Of a DNA stretch of 64,000 nt, positions 50,952 to 63,750 are shown one piece after another. A program made the translations under genes and the position numbers. Position 1 is the stretch's first letter, and the number at the start of each line of letters is the position of its first letter. Under the pieces are notes generated by a model, which was not told where the DNA came from, ran no database searches, and was given only the letters and a program-made list of their open reading frames with translations. The DNA comes from Bigelowiella natans CCMP2755 (lineage: Eukaryota; Protista; Cercozoa): the NCBI GenBank assembly GCA_000320545.1, contig ADNK01001995.1, positions 3,821-67,820 on the forward strand. The letters are read 5' to 3'.

Positions 50952-53085
50952 ATTGTTGATAATGAGTGAGTTGGAACCCCATTCGCGAGAAGTCTTTCAT
51001 ATTGTCTAGCCATGCCAGACCAGGCTCCCCATTGTCCTGAATACGCTCGCAGATGTCGGTGTAATCCATTCCAAGTTCGGCGAAGACTGAATTATTGGAT
51101 GCCCAACCATAATCCATACGCTGGTGCATGCACAGAAAGTCAACTTAATCAACCTTCACAAACTTTAAAACAATTCATTTCTGAACGCTTCGAGAGAATG
51201 AAACGTTTAATTAAAACACATTACCTGCGGATTTTCCTTGTAATTTTTCAAGTTCAAATAGTCGGAGCTCGTTGGCGGGCCGAATGCAATCTCCGCCTGT
51301 AGAATTTCATGATAGATTATTCGTATAGCATAAGATGCGGTATTTAGCTTCATATTTTAAAAAATCAATTCTACCGTTCGGCGGACGTTTCCGGCAACCA
51401 CACAACGTCCAATGAGATTCATGATATCTGTTGAAAACTAGCTCAAGGAGGGTCTGTGAATAGTCTCTGTTTTCGGTGTACTCACCAACTATCGTTGAAA
51501 TCGAGAGAATTTCATTCTTCTCTGCCAAAGGATGCAAAGTTTTTTGAATGTCTTCCATAAGTGCCTCCAGTACATCTGTTTGTGCAAGTTCTGTTACCAA
51601 CCATTTGATTGAATTCAACTAGGAGTGCATCACACCGCTTCCGGACGCAACGCCGCCAAATCCTTTTATCGGAGTTCCTTTCGGTCGTATTCTCGAGAAG
51701 TCGAATTTGACTGCCGCAGCACCGGGAGTGAAATAAGAATCTATCAGCAACCCTACGGCCTCGACCCATCTGACAGATGTATAAATTAGGCCTCCAAATG
51801 TGGTGTTAGATAATAGGCGTTGTACCCTTCCCTAGAATCAGGGACTATGAAAGTTCGTGTTTCATTCTCTGAAGGTTTTGTCAGTCGAATGTTCTGCTGT
51901 GCTGCTTGCGTATCGAACCCAACTCCAACCCCCAACATGGAAGCATCCATTAGAAAGCAAAAGGGTTTTGAGATTTTCATGCCCTCCTTGATGTGTGTTG
52001 AAACGAACGCGCAATTGTTCAGGGCAGCGTAGATACCTGTTGTACCTTCATGGTGAATTATTGATCTGGGTTGGTTCTTACATGACCATACCTCTCTCCT
52101 CTGTTAATGAGGACCCCATCGCCCAAAGACCTCTTCCTGGAGGAAGAAACTTGAAGTTGAATATCCTATCGAACCTGATTAATGTATTTGTGAGCAAGAG
52201 ATATGCTACTGTTCATCTTATTGTACATCTCCTGAGCTTGATCCTGCTTTTCCCTTTCATCCCATTGGAGACCTCTACTCTGAATCCAGCCCTAGTAATA
52301 CAAATAATTTGAATTTTACTTTCCACAATATCGAATATTCGTTCTTCTTGAAAAACTCCTAATTTAAACATCCAAGAAGAAACACATACCTTTTGCATAC
52401 TAAATGTGCCTTCGACAACTCGCTGAACGGTGTTATGCCAGTGTTCGTTTTTACCATTCTGCATGACCCTTGAGTAAGTCCTATGGTATACCTTTTAAGA
52501 TACATGGGGAATACGGTTGGTTTAACATAAAATCTTCAATTTTAATTTTGACATGGGTCAATTTTTACGACCAGTTCGCCTAGGCCATTGAATCCAAAAG
52601 GTGCTTTCTTTTTCTCGTATTTAGATACGAATGACTCGGGCAGTTCAAAGGGGGAACTTGCAAGTTGTGACAAAGCTTTGGGTCTTGAATTCGCGGGAGA
52701 TTCTGCCGCCTTCTTGGACGAACCATCGATGGCTTCCGACGACACCGAAAGTGATTTTGAATCCGATTTCGCACCTTCCCGTCGAATTGTCGTTGTATCA
52801 TTTTTTACGTTATCGTTTCCCAGCTTCGACCTTTGTGTCATAGTTTGGGTCGAAAAGATCCTTTTCGTAAAAATAGAAATTCAGCATTGCCCGTAGACAT
52901 AGAATTCGGAAAATGAACGAGATTCGATAACACATCGTTCATCGTTTCGTTATTCACTACCTCGTGCATTGTTGAAGATATAAAGAGTGTTGGCAGATAC
53001 TTCCTCGACTGATGATGCGATTAAAAAGTGGGGTTTTAGTCTTTAGACCAACCAGGCGCCGCCCAGCGCCAGAAGCCAGTTTCAT
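49179..53085 (-). CDS. nrdJ: Class II (adenosylcobalamin-dependent) ribonucleoside-triphosphate reductase, monomeric RTPR/NrdJ type, many spliceosomal introns
   Basis: PFGFNGLGELV|YHRTYSR, FKFLPPGRGLWAMG, AALNNCAFVST, FLMDASMLGVGVGFDT, GEPGLAWL, GGNPCLEQTLESYELCCLVE, RNRRIGCS, TSIKPSGTVSLLAG, WADNQVSCT, YPQMPYE, C-terminal YCDTGNC. Confidence 0.95.
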
Positions 53086-53609
53086 TCGGTGGAGGGCAGG
53101 GGCGCAGCTTGCGGATAAGACTTTCACTGGTCAACACAGAGAGATTAAATTGAATTAAAATGACCTGCGTTTTTGATATTCTGTGCAAAAAAGAATGATT
53201 TTTCCATGCAAAATCACATGGATCAGAAGCCCTTCCTGCTCGCTTGAGAAGGGAAGGTGAGGAGACATACTGGAGAGTCTCCGGAGGATTAGATAGATGC
53301 GATTGCTTTACGACTACGACTTCGGTATGTCGTACCTGTGGAATGACAGCCTTACAGATATTTTCTTTGTTTCTGTGAGAGTGTCACTGTAAATATCAAT
53401 ACATTTTTGGCAACAAAGAAATGGCGCGCTGGCCTTTGCCTCGTCTCCTTCCCCAATAGACCCAGCTGGAAGCGAACAGCGAGCTTTTTGTGTCGGAGAA
53501 GAATGTCCCTTGAAGGAAAAACTGAGAGGAACTCTGCAAAAGTTTGAGCCATCAAAATTGCGATGTGAGATGTTTTAGTTCACGAGTTTGTTTTTTCATC
53601 TAGGAGCCA

Positions 53610-56600
53610 TTGATGCACAAGCGGAGGTTTTCACTGCTGGATCCAAATACTAGAGAAGAAAACTGTTTCCAGAATAGACGATCTAACAGCAAGCGCGAAT
53701 GGGGAAGGTCCCATCGGGAGGTGCGGGAAGGCTCCGGAGCAAAAAAGGCAATTCCCCGGCCGAAATGCATTCCGAAGTTGTCACGCAACAGGATGCGCAG
53801 AAAAACAATAGATCCTACGAGTTTGCCTCTCGACTCTATCTTACCAGGACACAAGAAACGTCGAGTATCGGATCAAGATAATTTTATCTGTCCCTCACTT
53901 CTGGATGAGGAAGATTGTCCAGAAAGCACCACCACCTCCAGCCTACGGAGTGATAAACCTGAATTCAATTCTAGAAAACTGGAGAATAAGCAAGAAGCGC
54001 TTTTATCGAGTGTACACACTCAAAATTCTACTTCCATGGTTATAGACCTGGATTGTGATGGTAGAAATGAAACCCATGCCAGTCATAGTGATTTGAAGGT
54101 TACACAGTCTAAGGGAGGTGAAGGAGAAAACCTATTCGAGAAAGGGATAGGAGAGGACTATGTAAAGGGAGATTTTGAAGCCGAAGTATCAAAACCAATA
54201 GTAAATGAAAAGGCTGAAGAAATAAGCAGCAAAACTAATACCATCAATACGAGGGAATCTGTAAGTATGGATGAATTCGCGACACAATCGCTGAAAGCTG
54301 TAAGTTTACCGGAACACCCTGGTTCCAACAAAACTAACCATAAAGGGGGGGAAATGCAAGACGCAATAATCGCAATGGGTCATCCTTCCGAAATCCCAGA
54401 GAGCATGGCAAACATGGCGAATGTCAGCCGAATACCGGAAGTAGCTGGTCGAAATCATGTGTCTCACTCAGGTATAAATCCAAGTTCTGGGCACACTATC
54501 AGATCAGCAGAAAATCTTGAGCAAGCACATTTCCCCCCCGCAGTGCATTCAAATGGAGGGCCATCGTGTCCAAGCCCGAGAAAATTAGACATTGGTGGCA
54601 ATGCAAGGGTTTTAGATCAAGAAAGAATATCCACAAGTTATGTTGAGAGCATCCCAGATATGGAAAGTGAGCATTCTTATACAAAGCCGCATTTGTCGGC
54701 GGAGGATACGAAATTAGTTGGATTGAATGGAAATGATGCTTGTCATTTCGAAGAATTACAGGTGTTTCCAAATTTTATGTCTTGATGTCAAGTTGTTCAC
54801 ATTATCTTTTGTGATCGTCAAGGGACCTTGGCGAAGTAAATTAAATGGCGTCAGTACAGACCCTACCGTAGTGCGAAAGTAAGAAGATTTCTCAACTTTA
54901 TTGAGCAAAGCAAATTTATCTATATATACCAAAATTACACCTCAGCAAAGTTCTCTGGAGACCTGATGAATGGAAATCCTCAACTCTATCGAGGGATAGG
55001 TTTTTCTAAAAATAAACTAAGATCTTCCGAGTGGGTTTTGATTTTCCCTGTGTCAGCGAGGGCAATATTCGCCTTGATGGATGGGTTCTGGACAGGAAAC
55101 TCTCGAATAATTTGAAAAAGGTTGTTCCTTAGAGGAATTATTGTGCTCACCAACGAACTCGTCAAGACCTTCGAACTGAATCCTTTTTACATCTTAGGTG
55201 TGGAGGTGGGAAAACCCGAATGAAAACAAAGTTTTGGTTGTTTGGAAACGAATGACCTCTTCCACAACTCTTCGTCGTTCGAAGAGGGATCGAAGAAAAT
55301 CATCTTTTACAAAATCGCTTAGTTCGCCGGATAGGCTTCAGGTTATCTATTCAACCTTTGCTAGAATATCTATTAATATCTCTCCTTTAGATCGGAGATC
55401 TCGTTGAGGAAGTGTCAGAGGGCTTGCAAGGAACGGTAACTTATTTTTTTTTAAATCCTGCACTCAATATATCTGGTGTATAATTCGGAGCCGTCAGATA
55501 CTTCACTTTATGTTCCTCGAATAGGTTGTTTGGGTATTCGATTCGGATCCCGAGCCATCATATGTTGTGAAGTGGGAGTCAAGTGAAAGCGGAAATGAAG
55601 ATTTGTCACGCCTACATTTAAATCCCCCATTTGAAACGTCCGAATGGTGCAGTCGATCTCAGCTTCGTCGCCTCCCTGCCAAGATCCACAAAGAGAAACA
55701 ATCTGATTATAGTGGTTCAAGAATATCTCGTAGCTTGAAAACCGGTTCTGATATGTCGGAATGCGAGCAAAACATCTCAACACAGAGAAAGTCGAATTCT
55801 GTCTCATTTGAACCTAAGGTAAAGGTTCATTTTTTCAAGCCAAATAGCCCTCCAGCACAGTGGCATGCTGGTAATCTACCTGTACTTTATCCGAAATTGT
55901 TGGTTAATACGGGAGTCGATTCACCAGGGGCGGTGGACCCCCTCAAGTATCTCCCCTTGCAGCATGTTCTTCGTCAGCTTCGATCGAGAGGTATACACGT
56001 TGTCAATCGACGATGCGCTAGAAGCTTGCACAATCTCCCAGATTCTCCCGATTTTGGCATTGAATGGAGACGTGCCCTTGCTCGTGTTCTAGCCAACGAG
56101 GCCAATGAAATAGTCGAAGATATTTTTCCGGGTCTCAGGCGACCGCGTCAAAATTATCGGTCGTGCCAAGAAGGAGAGGATCTTCGTCGGTCTTTATGTC
56201 GAATGTACTTCGCTATTGCAGTGAACAACAACTCATGCAGCCGAATAGAATCCTCTTTGAGTTCGAAGAAGCGTGAGGGCGGTCGAGTGCGACAAATTGT
56301 AGATTTGATAAAAGCGAATTTAGAGACTGGATTAATACAGTGGCATTTAAGGGAGGCTCAGAGCGACACAGAGGCAAGCCATTCTCAGCAAGATGGTATG
56401 GCAGAGAACCACACCTACTTTGACGAGTACTTTGTACACGGCAAAACTCTCATCAGTGAAGATGACATCAGGGGCATGAGTGTGCGCCAGATGCAAGCTG
56501 CCCGGAATTACCTCGGTCTCCACCCATACTTATCACTTGAGGTAAACACATATTTGGACAGCACATCTTCCGCAATCAAACTCGTGCAAAGTGAGAATAG

Positions 56601-56988
56601 CGAATTCTTGGGCAAGGCCGAAGCCCGAATTAAGCAGATGAATATCCCAGAAATGAAGTCCTGGCTTACTGAAAGAGGACTTGAGACTTCGGGGGCAAAG
56701 AGTAGGCGAGCATCTTATTCGGAATTGATTGTTGGTTTTATGGCGACCGAAATTGAGGAAGAGGAGAAATCTGAGGAAAAGCTTTTTGATGTAATGGTTG
56801 ATTTCATCAAAGCAGCGAACACAAAAAGGGAGGATGATCTACGAAAATTATTAGAAGATTTGTACAAAGACTTAAATGAGGAATATGGCACCGTAGAACC
56901 ATACCGAAAAGAGGACGACATCGAGCTTGGAAAATTATTTGAGATGTGCTTCAACAGTATATATACCATTGCGATGCGGAGAGCATAA
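53610..56988 (+). CDS. Large, mostly disordered uncharacterised protein with C-terminal SAP-like motif(s)
   Basis: Long ORFs 53610-54785 and 55567-56988 linked by short exons; KQMNIPEMKSWLTERGLETSGAK resembles SAP; 5' end uncertain. Confidence 0.55.
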
Positions 56989-57741
56989 TAATTTAATGCG
57001 TTGTACGTAACTTTTAACACACGTATTCCCTCTCATTCATAAAAATCTCGTTCGATTCGTTGAACGTGTCAGACTGTATGTTTACTGTGTCAAATGTTGT
57101 ATGCAAAGCTTGTGAACTCGTACTTGAAGGCGCGATTGTGTATGTGTACGTGTGTGCGCGCATGCGCGTACGTGAGCTGTGCTAATAAATTCTTGCAGTA
57201 CATATAGGATGATCTATTATTAGGTATCTCTGATATACACATCTGCTATCTAGCTGTGCGCGATGCATCTGCTACGTGCACATACACACGCACATACATA
57301 ATCTTGTCGTGCAGTTTGTTACACCATGCATGGATAGCTACTTACCCACACGGCTCGTACCGTGCTGCTAGCAGTGTGACATACATATGTGTACGCACAG
57401 CCATGTCTAGATGTACACGTGTGATATGAGAGTGATTGTGGTATGTGTCTGTGTATTATATGGACATTTATGACATTTATGTCCCTATAGTATGTGTGGC
57501 TATCTATGGTCATAGCACATCTTGGCCGTGCTATATTGCGCACGTGCGCCAGCATGCTATACTAGTGTACATACAGTATACGCATATGATATGTTATGGA
57601 ACTTGTATCAGATGCATGACGCGCATAGTGTTTACAATCACTCGATAGAAAGTTGAACTCCACTACTGCTATCACCTGTTGATCACTGGCGCGCGAGCAA
57701 TAGAATGATTCATCCCTACATACACTATTCTCTTGAGGTTG

Positions 57742-59012
57742 CTATCGCTTGAAGGGCATTCTAAACGTCCGATAAATTCTCTTGATCTATAAATACACAA
57801 ATATTTTATCCACGGATACAATCGTCGCTCTCTCTTCTACCTTTTTCGGCCCCAGTCCAGGGCAAATTGCGAGTTTGTCCATACTAGCCTAAAAGGCAGA
57901 AACTTCCTTCAAACAACATCTCCCATTTACGTTCCTACAATCTCATACCTCAGCGATGTTTTTGAACGAGCCAAAATTCACTGCGAGGGTCTTCACATCC
58001 TTCGAGTTTACAGAACGTATAGTAGTTATTGCGGACTCCAATGTCTGATCGGTGTACATCAATTCCACATGCGCAAAAACACAGCAAAGCGGTATTAGGT
58101 ATAATCAGTACTTACAATCGTGTGGGTAAACTACTACTTCCTCCCAAGATGGTGATCTATACATTCATCACCTTGGCACTATTGTGCTTGTCCACTTTCT
58201 TCTTCAGGCTGTCGGCTGATTTGGACTCATAGCTTTTCAAGGTCTCAATGTAACGCGCACATTCCCGAGGGCTCCAAGCACAGAGAAGGCTCCATCCATT
58301 CACAAAGGCCAGCCTAATTAGAGAGAAGCTTCATCCTGGGCAATTAGCAGGATTCACAGAGCTAAAGGAAATGACCTCGATATTTCCTGCAGGGGCTCGT
58401 CGTTTTGCTGTCAAGCATTCAATTCACGCATGGCGTTAGTCATCTACTTGCCTTGGATAACGGCCACGTTTTTCGAATCACATACCCTGTCCACTTGGCA
58501 TAGGAGAATCCGAACGGTATACTTGAAGCGAAGCTTTCCCATTCTCGCGAGCAAGTATTTTGGGTGCAGCATGTGGTATTTCACACTGAGAAACAGAACG
58601 CAGGCGGCCCTACACACAGATAGCAAAGTGGTTTGTGACCCTGATAGGCGGAGTGGTAACATTCTACCTCCCCACGACGTAATCCGCGTCAAGTGGCTTT
58701 GTGAATGCCCATGGCATGTTCGTCAGGTGCTGCAGGAGTGGATTCCCACGCTGCAACCGATTAACCTGTCGGAAGAAAGAATTTTTTTCTGCGATTCAGC
58801 CACGGCATTCGTCAATGAGGAAACACGAATATTGAACCTTGATAGTCACTTCTGAGATACTTGAACTGCTGGCGCTGCCGTGGTTAGCACTGCCCTGGCC
58901 AGCACCGCCCTGCACGTTTTGCTGCACTGGTTTCCTGAGAAGCGAAAAGAGGTCATAGGATGGAAGACGGCGGGAATAAGGCGCACCTTTTCCCCAGCGT
59001 GCTATGACTCAT
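57742..59012 (-). CDS. ERCC1: DNA excision repair protein ERCC1, multi-exon
   Basis: QRGNPLLQHL..MPW....DYVVG, CVLFLSVKYHMLHPKYL, RILLCQVD, LLCAWSPRECARYIETLKSYE, HhH IRSVNSKDVKTL..NFGS...CPGLGPKK. Confidence 0.93.
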
Positions 59013-59284
59013 CCTGGAGCCTATGCTGGCCCGCCCGCTACCGAATGGGCCAAAGTGATCAGTTGACCCGCTTTCTGTCGCGAGATGAGTTGTAGGCCTC
59101 AGGCTCCATGCGGCCTCCAAATACAAGAAGTGGTAGAAATCCAAAACACATAGAAGTTTGTGGTGTGGCATGACAAGAATGGTTCCAGAAAGGATTTCGC
59201 CGTGTGCACATGCACGGGTCTAGGATCAATTTTAGACAAAAATCCATCAATTTTACGTCGACATTTGTCAGTTGACAAATGATA

Positions 59285-60230
59285 TTTGTGTTCCCTCAAA
59301 ACCTTTTCTGGTGTTCTGATTGATTGGGGAGGGTGCGGATGAGCATGCAGGGCACGGATGAGCATGCGTGTCCCAGGATCCTTTCGTTCACGTTCAACTC
59401 GTGCCTGGGACCTCACGACTGGGTGAAATCTCAGAACTCAGGCGTGAAAACCAAGTGCGTCCATGCAGCGACTTGAGTGACTGCACACGCTAGCACGCCC
59501 ACGCGAAGTCACGTGTCAATCAGCACATTTTTGTCCATCGCATTGAGGGGAACAATGTGATGAAACATCCGTCTTGGCGCAATCACTGTTGGAAGGCAGA
59601 GCCACCAGCTAGGCAGGCTCGCAACGCTGGAACGCCTGCCAACCTGAAAAAACTCAACTGATGTCAACTCGGTGCTGTGTGTTGGTGGTTGGAACCAATC
59701 GTGCCTTCGAGCAATGAAAGCAAAATTGTGATGAAGATCACACAAAAAACATTCCTAGTTGCTCAAATTGTCTGTTGCGAGTTTCTTTTTTGGTGTCTAA
59801 CTTCTGAATCTTGCACTGCTAGACTGCCAGATTGAATCGTCTAGCCCAGCAGCCGCGTGCGGCATCTCATCATTGTTGATGCGTGGACTGTTGTGTGGCG
59901 TCATGGCTTGCTTTCGCTTTCACAGCTAGACAGCTAGACAGGCCAATTGTGCAATGTTGGCTGTTGCCATCGTCCATCACGCACAATGCGAATGTGCACC
60001 ATTCGCATGGATGGCACAATTGCATGCATGCCATCTCATGGGAACCAGTGGGCTGATTCGTAGGTAGTCGGGACGTGTTGACCTCGATCAACATGCAAAT
60101 CAATGATGCATCATCACATCTGCCACCACGAAATCAACAGGGTTGAAGACGCATGCAGCATGGTTGTGATTGCTATTGGCATGAACAGACATTTGATGAA
60201 TGCATTGTTGTGCCAAAAATCATCTACGCC
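59285..60230. other. TpA-depleted intergenic tract E
   Basis: ~12 TpA in ~945 bp: 7 CTAG, 5 CTA/TAG, none in other contexts. Confidence 0.9.
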
Positions 60231-60409
60231 GCGAGTACAGGTTTATGTTCATTGTGGCGTTGTGTCGCTTCTTCCAGTCACACATTCATCTACTTAACAA
60301 TTTGAGAAATTCCGCATGCAATATTACCCAGAATTCTAATTCGTTATTTAATCAATTTTCGATGAGTTCACGCTGCCACTTCCAATCATTCCTTTTAATT
60401 TTCGTTTGT

Positions 60410-60757
60410 TCAACTATTTCTGTCCTTTACATTTCTATCCTCTTCGCTAATATTCATTAAACCTTTTCGATCTCGCAGCTGCGGTAGTGGTGCTGACGGC
60501 TTCCGTTCTTGACGATTCGCCAAATTTATGACGAGTTCCAGCTGATCCTCGGTCGCGACTGCACGCCGTTTGAATTCAGAAGGAGAAGGCGATGAGGGTG
60601 ATGGAAGAGGGATCTGATCTTTCCCTTCATCAGTGCCGCTGCTGATGGTAGGCAATGTGAAGATCGTATTAACAGGCAGAGCATGGCATCCGAGGGTAAT
60701 GATATCAACTACATGCTGCAAATAGGTTGAACATACACGCAGACTTAATACACGTAG

Positions 60758-60818
<61 letters not shown>

Positions 60819-60853
60819 TCTATTATCTATACATTGTACAGACTCCAGCACCA

Positions 60854-60889
<36 letters not shown>

Positions 60890-62220
60890 CCGCCACCACC
60901 CTTATGATCTCACTCCATTTTCTTCTCTCCCTTCTTCATCTTTTCCTTTTTCTTCTTCTTCTCTTTTGCTGCTGCTGCTACCACACCATTGTTGCATCAC
61001 TGCTACTACTTACACTAGCCCTACCACCACTTTCTAACTGCGGCATTGCTACGATAAAGCCCTATTGCGCTCGCACCTCGAATTCACTTCTCGTTGTTGT
61101 TTTCTTTTCCTCCTCAAGAACTTTTTGGCTACGCCTGCGAGTATCAGTTTATCATTGTTCGCTGCTTTCATACTCCTCCTGAGAGAGACAATTGCGGTAT
61201 CGTCGAGAACTCGAATCTTATAGGCGGAGGTTGAGCCACCCCCCCTCTCTGCCTGCCTCCTCACACTCCTATTCGTCCTCTTTCTGCACGGCTGCTGCGG
61301 CACCTCTTTGGCTCCCGCTACGATTCGTGCACTCACCCAAGCTGCGCCAAACTTCCACTCCACCTTTTAGTTATGAAAGGAGGTAAGTGCTACCACAAAA
61401 AATGACGATGGCAATAATAGTGATAACAACAACTACTACTACTACTACGCTAAGAACAACATGCGAGACTACCGCGTCGCCAGCAGCAAAATCCTCAGCC
61501 TGAGCTGTAGCCGCAACATCGTCAGCTTCGTCCTGGCTTCTCTTTGTCGAGGGGAGGGGAGAAGAGCTAATAGATAATAAGGCGGAGGCAGAGGCGAAAT
61601 CATTCAATCCCAGCGCTGGTGTTTGACTAGCCTCCAAAGCTGCTGAACCAGCTTTGCTACTTGAGGTAGTAGTAGCGGTAGTAGCAGTAGTAGCAGTAGT
61701 AGTAGTAGTAGCAGCAGAAGTAGTAGAAGTTGTAAGAGGATCCGTAGAAATAGCTGTTCCTCCTGTCTTTCTTATCCCCTCCTCCTCCTCCTCCTCCTCC
61801 TCTTTTTCCTTTTTCTCCTCTCCCTCTTTTTCGAGGTGATGATCATTGCAGTTGGAGCATTTCTTACGACGCTGCCGTTTCAATCCCGCAGCATCTGTAG
61901 AAACGCCATCCCCACCGTCTTCCTTCCCACTCTCACACCGCTTTTCAGCGCAGGGTTTCTTGCGAACCCCCCCCCCTCTCATGGGACCTTCGGTAACCTC
62001 TCGTGCAACTCTCTTTCTTAGAGATGAGTCGGAGATGTCGTCGTCTTGCTGCTGCCTCCGCTGTAGCTTGCGTTTTTTTTTAAGGGGCGGCCCTTCGCTC
62101 TCTGTCTCGTCATCTATTTCCTCGCTCTCAGTGCCCTCTGCAATTATATCATTACATGGCAAATGGGTGGTTAAGGTATGTTACATAGCCGATATGCATC
62201 AAGAGGGGATATGGATGGAG

Positions 62221-62261
<41 letters not shown>

Positions 62262-62410
62262 CTCTCTTTCTGCAGTTTTGAGGGGTTAATTTGCTCGTAG
62301 ATGATCGCGCAGTTTTATGGCTGCTACCGCAACGAACACTTGCAGCCCCAGACTCCTCGATATCGACTACGCGCAGCATTATCCTGATGAACGACGACGA
62401 CGGCGACGAC

Positions 62411-62444
<34 letters not shown>

Positions 62445-62481
62445 CTGGAAACATGCACAAATGGGTATTGTGTGGTTGTGT

Positions 62482-62518
<37 letters not shown>

Positions 62519-63127
62519 TATTATAATATGTGCAAGGGAGGTGGGGGAGTATTCACACCTTGGAACCCAGACGAGGCGTCCCCCCCCTCTCCTCGAGGCT
62601 GCTTTAAGTTTGACACCGAAGGGGCGGATAGAAAAGCCGGCTTGCCTTTTTTCTTCCTTTAACACGCCGCCAACCCTTTGGCGCAACCAGCACAGTGACC
62701 ACATCATAAAACAATCTATTCTTTGATTTGATTGGATGACTTTCTTCCCCTCTAATAATGGCACTTAGAATACCAACGAAATCGATTTTGTTTCTCCCCT
62801 CCCCCTCCCCCCGCCCCTCTTTCCACACATAATCACCGCCAATCCCAACATCAGCATCCCGACAGTGGGAGGGATGTGGCTCATCAACAATTAGTCTTAT
62901 TACTTATTATTATTATTATTATTGTTGTTGTTGTTGTTATTGTTATTATTTATTTTATTATTATCACTACCACTTGCCCCTATGCAGAACCCACACTTTC
63001 TTCCCTGGTTTCAGCAGCGCCTCCTTTATCGCAATGCGCGTCTCCTTCTCCGAGAACTCATCGTGCCCCCCCTCAAGGAAGAAGACTAGCCACATGCGAG
63101 CCCCTACATTTGCACTAGTGCCGTTAG

Positions 63128-63163
<36 letters not shown>

Positions 63164-63750
63164 CAGGCGTCCAGGCATGAACGATACCCCATTTCCGCAC
63201 CATCCCCTTAGCCGACACTGCTACTTCTTTCCCCAAGAAACGATGGCCCGATGTGCGCCACTAGGGTTTGGTTGGTTGGATGTTTGTTCGGCGACACGAT
63301 CGTGACATTGCAGCGATAGCAGTAGTAAGGATGAGGGTAGGGGATTGGGCAGGGCGGGGATTGCGAGAGAGCATGTTAGCACGTATGTTTATGAGGGAAT
63401 GGGGAGGAAAGAGAAAACCATGGCTGGTCACGTCACTGCACAAACTCACAAAAAGTTCAAAATTACGCCCCCCTCTCCAGCAGAGAGTAGCAGAGGGTAG
63501 AGAGGTGTGGTGGGGAGTAGGGAGGAGGGGGAAAAACCCAAGGCGTGCACCTGCTTCCCCAACTTCCTGATTCTCCGCGAGAGGCTGATTTTGGCGCCCT
63601 TGACCAAAGCCGCTGCTTCTTCTTCTTCTCCGCCCTCCTTCACCACTTTCCTCGTTTTGTAGCGACGGTGGGTGTTACTGAGAGGATGGTTCTTCCCCCG
63701 CTGCTTGTCCAGGCGAAGTGGGCGTGAGCGACTCATCTCCTCGCGAGCAG
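60410..63750 (-). CDS. Uncharacterised low-complexity, probably nuclear protein, multi-exon, 5' part may extend beyond the window
   Basis: Exon-like ORFs (61371-62162 with NLS-like PPLKKKRK; WRTSGHRFLGKEVAV...GIVHAW...WLVFF possibly Tudor-like) separated by microsatellite-rich introns. Confidence 0.45.

Noticed and set aside
49179-53085. Bacterial or phage contamination, intein or group I intron in nrdJ
   Set aside because: The interruptions examined look like short spliceosomal introns, one containing host-type microsatellites; no intein or homing-endonuclease motifs were seen.
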